Shown: one piece after another, positions 26,158 to 37,204 of the stretch
Position numbering within the stretch: position 1 is the first letter of the stretch
Layout of the letters: every line of letters starts with the position of its first letter
From: Owenia fusiformis
Taxonomy: Eukaryota
Assembly (NCBI GenBank): GCA_903813345.2
Contig: CAIIXF020000001.1
Coordinates: 48,670,001-48,734,000 of the forward strand
Direction of reading: 5' to 3'
Length of the DNA: 64,000 nucleotides
Notes under the pieces: model-generated
What the model saw: only the letters and a program-made list of their open reading frames with translations
Databases searched by the model: none
Told to the model about the DNA's origin: nothing
Position numbers and translations under genes: made by a program

Positions 26158-26592
26158 GGCCATAAGAAGTAGATTCTTTGCTTTGCGTCCCCTTGCTTGC
26201 ACGATTTTGAGTAAATCAGAAAAAAACAAACACATCAAAATAGCAATCACAAGGGTCTGAAAGTACCATTACATTTCGTTCAATCAGAATCAGCCGAAAT
26301 GGCGGATAATTTGATGTGCGTCAAAATTGACAGTGTTATAATTATTTTGGCATACATTGTGTATTTTCTTATTTTTTACCCATGAAGTTTAAATATATTG
26401 TATAAAATGTATAGATATGTGTTTGTAATCACTGCAAATTGGTATGTCATCCCTTTTTATGCCCATAGAATATATACATTTCTCAGCAAACAAGTTTGTG
26501 TTTTTTTCTTGAGTTTGTGTTTGTTTTCCTTGTACCCTTGCATGATTTGGATTTTGCCAGGACGCAAAACAAAGAATCTACTTCTTATGGCC
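26158..26592. mobile_element. MITE with 3-bp TAA TSD (PIF/Harbinger- or Zator-like)
   Basis: TAA|GGCCATAAGAAGTAGATTCTTTG...CAAAGAATCTACTTCTTATGGCC|TAA. Confidence 0.8.
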
Positions 26593-29159
26593 TAATACAC
26601 ATTTGCTAACACCCCCACTTTCAAAGTGAAGTGACTAATTGGTTTATGTTTACGTTTTAATGTGTTTTGGGTTCCTTGTTACAGCAAGGGGGGCCAGTAA
26701 AGTAGACTAACATGTTTGCATGGCAAATTTTGATCGAATATGTGAGACACTTTAAGACGAATATTTTCACAGTGAAGATCTAATTTACTTTATATATAAT
26801 GAAAGCATATATGATCTCCTTCTGAAAAAATCAAACAGAACATTCAGGACACCCAAAAATCAGCTAGGTTAGAGATGAGTCCCCTTAATGAGCTGCAAAT
26901 TTAGGATCAATTGAGACCAATTTCCCTTGATAATATCACCCTATGCAGACTGTGCTATACCAAAACAAGCAGTGCGTAAATTATTATGTGCGCAAGGTGC
27001 CGATATTAAGGGTCTTTTTTAAATTTGAATTCATGATATTTCAAAAACTAAGGCATGTTGGGTTCTCAATTATATTTATACTTGTGTCAGAATCCCTAAT
27101 AAGGAAATTTTTAAAACAGGTGTGCACTTCATTCTACAGTGCCACATCAAGCAGTACTACTCTCTCCAAAGGAAATAATGTGAAATTGCAGCTGTTACAC
27201 AGCGTTAACAGCATTCATTCAATATTGGTGATCGAAATGCGTATCAATACAAATTATATTTGCATTTTGAAAGTTGAAAGGTTTCTTTGTCATTTTATAC
27301 AAAATTTGATACACTAAATGAAAATGTGCTACCTCTAAGCAAGTGGTGCGGATATCTGTTAAGTGCACAAAAAATCAAACAGAAACAGAACATTCAGGAC
27401 ACCAAAACATCAGCTAGGTCAGAGATGAGTCCCCTTAATAACAATTTTAGTTGCAATACTTCAAAGTACTCAGTTCAGAATAGACAAAATGCCAGCACCA
27501 GTCCTGTTACTTTTGGAACACCCTGTACATTGGGTGCATAATTTGTTATTTATCCAAAAGCGCCCCCCCCCCCCTATTTTTGTTCCCCTTTCTCATATTT
27601 TTCATTAAACATTTTGTATGAGGTTTTCCTTTATTTATGTTTAGTTCAGATCCTTTAATAAATGTTGAACTTGAAAGTTGTGTGCTAAAATGGTAAGTTA
27701 TATTTTTATTAATTGATATAGTGACATCACCTACTAAATGCCAAAGTTAGGCTTTTTCTACAAATTCTTTTTTTAAATCTCAACTTGCAATGGTAGAGCA
27801 TTATGTGCCAAAATAATAAGAAATATTTTTTATATTCATCAATAAGTAAGATTGTTGGAGAGGAAATGCAAGGATAAAGAAAGAAGACTGATATTATTGC
27901 TATACAGTATTTATAAATTGGCCAATAGATTCAATTTCTTTAAAATACCTAATGTATACCTAAGTATTCACAAAACCTGCAATATATCTTATCACATTTC
28001 TTTAGATAAACATTTATTGGCATCTTTATGAACTGTATTCTGATGAAAGTTAATCAGGTACATAAGTTCAAGGTCACAGCACAACTCAAATATTATATTG
28101 CTTAAAGTACAATTCAACATGATATTGTTGTTCCTTGAAGGATCTACGTATATGTTAACTTTCAAACTTTAAAAAGGAAAAAATGTAAAAATTCTATTAT
28201 ACAAACCAATTATGTTTGTATATATTTAAAATTGAATCTAGCTCATCACCAATTTATTCAATACCATATATGGCCAAATCCAGCATTTGATAAACACCCT
28301 CACTTTGTAATTTTTATGATCTCCGAATACATTTTACTTACTTACTTTAACTTAACTTAAAGAATTTGAATTAATTAATTATGAAGTTTATTAATTGACA
28401 ATTTAATTAGCTCTGTATATACATATTTCATAGTAATTCATAGTATAAATAAAGATATTCACCTACTGCCAAAGATCGCTTAGATAATGATTCATAACAT
28501 TTTTATCTGAATGATTTTTGACTTTCTTAGTACATTAAAACTAGGCACCATTGAGCAACTCCACAAGAAGGTCCAAATAACTAGCTCGGACAACTATGTA
28601 GATACACTTTGAGGATGTGCTCTAAATGTTGTCCATTCCTTTGCAGGCACACCTGGATTCTACAGGCAAAGTTCTTGAAGACCCTAACACATTCCTCCAG
28701 AGAAATGGTCCTGATATTTCTGGTGATCTCTCTTCAGGTCTTACAATACACATGATCCTTCAAGTGTGTACTGAAGTGAGTTAACCTCTCACTGGGGGCA
28801 AATTTTTTTAATTCTTGGATATCGTTGAAATTTTTATATATGACAAACATAGTAATGACATTGATAAACCATTTAAATAAAGATTTATACAGAAAGCTCC
28901 TATGAAACTTGACTATTAGCAGAAAGACCTGAATAAGTGCATAGCTTGTTATTCCCTTAAAGATACTTTATATAAATTTTTACTTTACTGTGAAATTGAT
29001 CAGATGCATTAGTTTCACTAGAATCAAAAAATGACCTGTATATATACATGTAAATGATTTATATGTTTTTAACAACACATATCAAACAGTTTTGATAAAC
29101 TATTGGTGAAGTTATTTTGGATTCAAAGTGTCTCAAAGTAATTTTTGGAATACGGTTTA

Positions 29160-29760
29160 TATTGATATATCACAATGTGACATTAATAGAATGATTTGAA
29201 TATAATATAGTGAATCGAAATTATTACCCAATTCTTGACCCAAGATGGCATAGGCCACATCCCCCAGCACCCATTTTAAACCATTATCAGGAATACATGT
29301 CTTGAAATAATTATAAAGTGGTAGTCTATTCTTAATACATGTACTATCATAAACGTTCACTTTCCCTCATTGAGCCTTGGACAAGTAAAAAATCTATGTT
29401 CAGAGGTTTCTTTACAACTGCATTTACAACTTCTGAAAAGGGGATGGGGATTGAAATGTGATAAAGTGAAAACCTCAAATCCAATTGATATCTTCAAAAC
29501 TAGCCTTTCAATCCATTTTATTTCTGTAAAAGTTTTAGACCCCTTGTTCGATTGATAATCTTTTCTTGCAATAAACATTTGAAAAGAAGATATACTCCTT
29601 GGAGTAGATAGGTTCAACATTTTGTGAAGAAATGTTGACATGGGGTCCCTATTCATAATTTTTGGAATGGTTTGATTGATATTTTTTATTATCCTTGAGA
29701 ATTTACTTGAAAGATAACATATTGTGTTAATAGGAAAATGTCATATTTAAAATTACTCCT
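29160..29760 (-). mobile_element. Degraded non-LTR retrotransposon 3' fragment
   Basis: ORF 29357-29656 ends with CKCSCKETSEHRFFTCP, the CxC..ET..H.F..CP C-terminal Zn motif of LINE ORF2 proteins. Confidence 0.5.
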
Positions 29761-30635
29761 GGAAAGTACTCAAAATGAAAGATGTGACCATCTAACATCA
29801 TTTTCCATACTAAACTTGGTCCTTTGAAATAACAGATATTTTCATCAGTATGAAGGCTATCCTGGATATTTAAAATATTGTTTTAAACAACGTAAAAGTT
29901 AAAATATAGAAAAATGATCTTTCGGAGTATAGGACATCTGTGTGTGTCATTTTCAATAACCTTGTATTTGATCCAAACTGGTTTTGAACGTAATTCCTGC
30001 AAAAAGAATTATTGATTTAGCCAATGCAGGGGTTGGTTTATTAAGTTAAAAATAATGCAAAATAATTGATATTTCTTGGTAAAAAAATAATGCTCCAAGT
30101 CTTCCTAAAAAAGCTAAATTTAAAACAAATTACTCAGTTTCCATAGAAATTGCCCATATGAGCATTTAATGTTCACATGTCCATGGTGATACTAATGACA
30201 CTTTGTTGCCCTTTGAAATGAGGTAATTGGAATGTTAATTAATGACAATACCTCCATTATGAGGCCATATTTGCATTATAAGATATCAGATTTTGAAAAA
30301 GATATACTTCATAAATAAACAATTTGGATTGATGTAGTGTTTTATAGCCAGTGAGTGCAATATAATATTTCTGTTACAATTTATATCATAATTTGAAATT
30401 AGGACAAACATAGTCACTTAAATGAAAACAGTAAATGAAATTGTCCAGGGTGAAACAAATGGTAGCAAACAAATAATGCCACACACATAATGTTGCATAA
30501 TACTGAAAGGGAATAATGTATTCTGTAGACTAGAATATTAGGTGCACTTTTCTTTGCAGGTAGACCTGGATTCTCAAGCAAAGTTATTGATGACCCTAAC
30601 ACATACCTCCACAGATATGAGCTACTGGTCTTGAA

Positions 30636-31273
30636 GGTAGTTCACCTCAAAGATAGTGATTAAGGTAGGTCTTTTAGGTAGCTACCCTCACTGATAGTGA
30701 CTATGATAGGACTGGTAGGTAACTCTCCTTACTGATAGTAAATAAGAAAGCTCTTGTAGGTTCTTGTAGCTAACCCCATTGGTAGTGAATAATATTGGCC
30801 TTCTTGGATGCTCACCTCACTGAAAGTGACTAAGGTAGATCTTGTTGGTAGTTTACCTCATTGATAGGGAAAAATGTTAGCCTTCTTGGTAACTCAGCTC
30901 ACTGATGGTGATGTATATTTTGTACACGTAACTCATCTTGCTGATAATGAATATGGTATGTTTTATAGATAGCTTACCACATTGAAAGTAAAAAAGGTGG
31001 GTCTTCTTAAAAGCCCACCTCACTATTAGTGATCAATGTAGATTTCTTTGGATAGCTCACCTCATTGATAGGGAATAAGTTAGGTCTTGGAGGTACACAT
31101 ATTTTATCTCAGGTAGATTTTCTGGGAAGCTCAACTCACTGATAGTGAATTATGTAGGTTTTTGGAATAGGTCACCTCACTAAGACATTCTAAGGTAGGT
31201 CTGCCTATAGGTCATCTCAGTGACATCACTGATAGTGAATTAGGTAGGTAGGTAACCTCACTGATAGTGAATA
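30636..31273 (+). repeat. Old, degenerate array of the 41-bp satellite monomer (~15 units)
   Basis: Recurrent ggtag.tcacctcactgatagtga.taaggtaggtctt with ~41-bp spacing. Shares the cctcactgatagt core with the 37205-39565 array. Confidence 0.75.
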
Positions 31274-31794
31274 AGATATTTTGAGTATCTCATTGAAGAG
31301 TTCCATTTCCTCTGTAAATAATCCTCAGTCAAGTGCTACCAGGCCATTTTTATAACTTGACTTATTAATTGAGACAGATTTCTTTATATCAAGTTATATC
31401 AAAACAATTTGCTGAACCTGTAACTGTAACAATATTATTGGGTGTCTTTTACCATTATGACAGGTATCGGTAATGTAGTCTAAACAATGTAGTAAAGTCT
31501 GCATCAAATAGTTGAATCTTTACTCATTTTCAAGTCATTTGGAGACATTATTATGCCTTTAATTTAAGGCTAAAGTTATCATGAAATGGGCAATAATAAT
31601 GTTGTTCTTCTATAACTTAACTGACATTTTAAATGGCAGATAATGCAATTACAGACACCATAAGAGGAAATAATGGAATATTCTGTATGGGTTATGGCAA
31701 AATTTCAACTAAGTTTCTCTGCAAAAGTGTTTGAAGCAGTAATCAATGTATCTCACTTCATAACGAACTACAATGCATAAAATAGGTTCCATGA

Positions 31795-34700
31795 TTATTT
31801 TAGTGCTATAAACACTTATAAGACCATTAATAGAATATGGAAATATCATATGGCATCCAAGATATGTATTGGACAGTATCAAAATAGAGAGAGTCCAATG
31901 TAAAGCCACTAAACATGATAATTCAATTAAAGACTTGAGTTATCCAGAACGACTTAGGAAACTCAATTTATTCTCCCTGAAATACAGAAGAAGGAGAGGT
32001 GATATGATTGAAGTTTACAAAATTTTCAATGACTAGCCTATGTTAGAATTGAATCCAGTTCTTTCTTTATTGAGAATTAATCCACCACCAGGGGTCATCC
32101 AAAGAAACTATATAAACCATGTCGTAGACTTGACATGAGGAAAAACTCCTTCAGTCAAAGAATTATTAATGACTGGAACTTGTTAACACCATCCATCATA
32201 CAATCCCAATCCTTAGAGACTTTTAAAAGGAACCTCAATAAACATTTAGTGCTACGGCCAAGGCGATTTGTGTCCAAAACACCTAGATTTAATTTGACTT
32301 TAGATTCTTGTAGGGGACCCCAAGGCATGTAAAAAAAAGTTTGTGAACCCTTGCAAAGCAGGCTCAAAAGTGCTGAGTCAGCAAATTTTATCATTTTTGT
32401 GTCGGAATTTGACCATATGCTTGAAACTATTTAATATCTCATTTCAGGATGTTGCAATTGTAATGCAACATTGTCAATATATCAATAAGGCATGTATGAA
32501 GAATTCCTGAAAGTTTGAGTCTTAACCAACAAAATTTGGTCGAGATATGGGATAATTTGTCCCTAAAAGTACATTATTTCTCTTCAAAATTTCTTAATCA
32601 GTCGATAGTTAATCAGTCGTTTAAAAAACAGTAAGGGCCTATGGTGTATAAAACCTGATTTAAAACTTCACTGATGATGTTAGCAAATATTTCTTGAATA
32701 AGTTTCAATAAAAAGTACAAGTATCTATTTTTTCTGATTTTTCTCTTTACTTTCCCCTAAAAATTCAAGAAAGGGGGCGTGGCACATAACGCTTCAGTTG
32801 TTGAACTTGTTGCTAGGGTCAAATAGAAAATATGTATCATTATAGCAAAAAGTGTTATTCTAAATAAATCTTAACACTATATGTGACATCATGATATGCT
32901 AAACATATTTATTATCTACCATTTTATATTTTTTACAGCTTATCATTGCCATATCCCATAAAACCGTTTAGGGTATGTGTGGTCAGTAATAGGAAATACA
33001 TGTATGTGTACTTATAACATTTTTCAAAATTGTATTTCAGATGCCATTCTATTCTAATGTTGTTCATGTAGTTATGGCATGTTAAGAATGAATTATGATG
33101 ATAATATGTTATATTACACTCCCCATCATAAGTTTTGTAACTTATTAAAGCTTGTCATGCTGTTTGGCAATTTTAAACAAGACATCAAGCTTTTGGAATA
33201 AAGCAATAAGGAACAAAACCAAGGTTCAAACATTGACAGACCTTAATATGTAATCATATGAAAACTTGCAGTTGCCAACCTTATGGAGGGGGTGTATAAG
33301 TATTATATGTGTCATAAATTGTTTAGTTGTAGAAACCTGAAGCCAAAGGAAATAATAGTGCTTTACATTCTCTCAAAGACAGTGATAAATTCCATGGCAC
33401 TGGGTTTGTTGACATTACTTATATGATATGTGACATTACACGAGTTTGGTCTTAAGGCCAACATATTCCAATGGTGCAGAATCCCAGTCGCCCCATCAAG
33501 TCCCATCATGCCATATAGAGTCCCACAATGTCCCGAGAGACCTTGTTAACTTTGCCCTATGGAGTCTTATCGAGTCCCTCCATATCCCACAAAGTCCCAC
33601 GGAAATGATATAATTTAGTTTAGAAGGTAATGTCAAGGTCATTTTGATTTCAAGTTAGCTGACACATCCCATGATCAAAAGTCCCGCGATACCCAATGGA
33701 AAGAATGAATAGGTTCATTCTCAGTGGGACTTCGCCAAATGATACCCCATTGAATCTCATGGGACTCAATGGGGCTTCATGGGGTAAATCCCAAGGAATC
33801 CCAAGGAGTTCCATCGGGCAAAGCTCAATGAAGTCCAACGGATTTCCATGAGGTCCCACCCAATGTTGAATCAATGGAGGTCCCACCATGCCGTATTGGT
33901 GTATGTTAGGCTTTAGCGAAGTAACTTCCTTTGTTTACATTCATCAAATCGTTAAAAAGGAAAAGTTGTCAAAACTTTGTAAGAGCGTGATTATTTGGAC
34001 TGATTTCACTTGTCTGCTACGGATATTTTAGTTTTACACAAACTGAGCTGGCTGTGCCATTCATAATATCTTCAAATAAACTTTTTCTCCTGCATTCAAT
34101 CCATGACCACATGTTACTCCAAAATCCATAGGATCTTCGGGGATGAGCCATTCAATGGTCACTTGGTCTTAGATTGAAGGTCTTTAAATTCCAAAAGTCA
34201 ATGGGTGTGACAAAACATAAGTTAAAGCTTAATAAATGAGTGTGGATTGGTTGATCCCAAGATATTATCAGTCAGTAGCTTATTACGTTCTATAACAGTT
34301 AGCAGGGAGACAAAAACTGGAACTTACTGTTATGCGGTAATCTTGATACAAAAATATGTCATATTCCACAATGAATATGGCATATTCACTTGCGGTGTAT
34401 GACAGATTCACCTGCGGTATATGGCATACACATCAACCAATGAGAATGTGATATGGAAGTACGCAATTGTCAATTGCTTAGATTGAACGAGCAAGTTAAA
34501 CATTATAAATTATTATAATAATGATTACTGAATCAACAGCACTGTGTATCAAATATATTAGCTTAGCAGAAGTATCAGTCACCAATCTTGTGCAATAAAC
34601 TTACTCAATCAATCCTGGAATGATACATTAGTACTAGACGCACTAACTATATTGGTAATCAAGTGTAGTTTTACATTTAGAGTCGATTCTCGCAACCAAT

Positions 34701-37170
34701 CAAATCAAGGCTTTCTGTATCACCTTTTCACCTGCGGTATATGTCATATTCACCTGCGGTATATGGCATATTTCGCAAGTGAGTATGACATATTCCGCAG
34801 GTGAGTATGGGGTATTCACTGAAATCAATGTATCGCATATTCACTGCGGAATATCGAATACTCACCTGCAGAATATGCCATACACCGCAGGTGAGTATGG
34901 CATATTTACCTGTATCACAAATACTGCGCAACCATGAATGTATGCCATATACCGCGTAACACTTACTGTTGATCATGCTGCTCCAGGAATAATGAGTCAT
35001 CTGTACAAAGCATAATCAAGGTGGTAGAAGCAAATGAGAACCCATTTAGATTGAAAATTCTGATAATTAGCCATCTTGATTCTCAAGGTTTCAATTGCTC
35101 CAACTGTATAATAACATGGAAGTCGAAGATGATAATAAGCTCCATTAAATACTTACTATGGAGGTGATGACTTATGACATCAGAAAGAGTTTATCATAAA
35201 TATCAAGAATACTTGACTGGTTGAAAGAGATGCTAAAAGATAAAGTGAAAGTGAAATTGATTCCAATATTGAGATTTTAAAAATCTATTTCTCTGTTTTG
35301 GTGCATAAATACAAAGAAGGTTACTTTGCTGGGGCTTCTTAACTCTTCGATCTACAGCCAGGGATACAATTGTTTCCTGTACAAAGTACAATCAATTCCC
35401 TTGATACTATGTCAAGTATCGGGTGCTAGACTAGCAGTGAAACATTATCTCCAATTCCTTAGGGACAATAGGGGCGTAGCCAGCTTTGGTTCAGTGGGGG
35501 TTTGATCGCCAAAATTTTTCGGTTTTCAGTCAGGGGGATGCAACTGTGGCATAAAAAAATCTTGATTCAACTTCCTTCAAAATAGGGCTAGAAGCTTGAA
35601 ATAAAAAGCATTTAAAACTCTTCTTCTATCTCATGGTTATATTTTTATTGGTTATGGGGGGGGGGGGGGTGGGGGTGCGATCCCATTGCACCCACCCCTG
35701 GCTAAGCTTATGGACAAGATGTATTATTTTGACATGAACAAAACATACACATCTTGTTATGTTCTACAGACTACAACTAAACAATTTATGACATATATAC
35801 AATACGAAGTGTGCAAACTGCAACCAGGCTCTGAGAAACTCTGGCTCTTAATCATTTGGTGTTAAAATTTGTTATTATATAGCTAATTATTTGCAGCAAC
35901 AATAGGAGTCTTGTTGCAGTTTACATGGACCCTATACTATAAAGCATGTACATCCCCTACATAAGTTTGGCAACTGAAAGTCATTATATGATAGCATATC
36001 AAAGTCTGTCAATGTTTAAACCTTGATTATGTTCCTTATTACCATATTTCAGATATTTCGATTTCATATGCCAAAAATAAACAGGCTTTAATAAGTGATT
36101 CAAAGGGGTTTGAGTTGCCAAACTTATGATGGGAAGTGCTATCATTCATAAACATAAACTATAATTACATGAACAACATTAAGAAAGAATGGCACCCGAA
36201 ATACAGTTTTGAAAAATGTTATGAGTACACATACATGTATTTCCAATTGCTGACCACACATACCCTAAATGGTTTTATGGTTTATGGCAATGATAAGCTT
36301 TAAAAAATATAAAATGATAGATAATGAATATGTTTAGCATATTATGATGTCACATATAGTGTTAAGATTTATTTAGAATAACACTTTTTGCTATAATGAT
36401 ACATATTTTCTATTTGACCCTAGCAAAAAGTTCAACAACTGAAGTGTAAGGTGCCACGCCCCCTTTCTTGAATTTTTAGGGGAAGGTAAAGAGAAAAATC
36501 AGAAAAAATAGATGCATGCACTTTTTATTGAAACTTATGCAAGAATATTTACTAACATCATCAGTGAAGTTTTTAATCAGGTTTTATACACCATAGGCCC
36601 TTACTGTTTTTTAAATGACTGATTAACTATCGATTCTGATTAAGACATTTTGAGGAGAAATTATGTACTTTTAGGGACAAATTATCCCATATCTCTACCA
36701 GATTTTGTTGGATAAGACCCAAACTCTCAGGAATTCTTCATACATGCCTTATTGATATATTGACAATGTTTCATTACAATTGCATCATCCTCAAATGAGA
36801 TATTAAATAGTTTCAAGCATATGGTCAAATTCCGACTCGAAAATGATAAAATTTGCTGACTCAGCACTTTTGAGCCTGCTTTGCAAGGGTTCACAAACTT
36901 TTTTTTACATGCCTTGGGGTCCCCTACAAGAATCTAAAGTCAAATTGAATCTAGGTCTTTTGGACACAAATCGCCCTGGCCGTAGCACTAATTGGAAAAG
37001 GGAGCAATTTAACCATGATATGACATAAAGATTAGGACTACTACAGGATTTCTGTAAATTTGAATAAACTTTGTATTAACAGGGTCAATAATGCTGAATT
37101 CAGCCATTTGTACAAATGTAGCTCAAAATTGTAAAGTAAAATAAAGAAACCATAAAAACTAAAAAAATAC
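31795..37170 (+). mobile_element. CR1/L2-type LINE 3' fragment interrupted by Academ copy 2 (own sequence ~31795-32246 and 36994-~37170)
   Basis: Translates TLIRPLIEYGNIIWHP...IERVQCKATK...LSYPERLRKLNLFSLKYRRRRGDMIEVYKI...RKNSFSQRIINDWNLL...FKRNLNKH|W, a typical CR1 ORF2 C-terminus. Confidence 0.85.
32247..36990. mobile_element. Academ-like non-autonomous DNA transposon, copy 2 (4.7 kb)
   Basis: ATT|TAGTGCTACGGCC...GGCCGTAGCACTA|ATT, a perfect 3-bp TSD. Removing the element restores the LINE codons aat aaa cat tgg aaa (NKHWK). TIRs are ~1.1-1.2 kb. Confidence 0.85.
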
Positions 37171-37204
37171 AGGATTTATCCTACATGTTCTCAAATTGAT
37201 ACCT

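Larger units (their letters stand above)
23860..31273 (+). other. Putative spliced transcription unit (lncRNA or 68-aa micropeptide gene); exons ~23860-23946, ~27645/27650-27692, 28647-28775 and 30560 onward
   Basis: Donors CTG|GTAAGT (23947), ATG|GTAAGT (27693) and GAA|GTGAGT (28776). Acceptors with pyrimidine tracts: tttag/ttcag (27644/27649), ttcctttgcAG (28646) and ttttctttgcAG (30559). Exons 3 and 4 are paralogous at their 5' ends. Confidence 0.4.
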
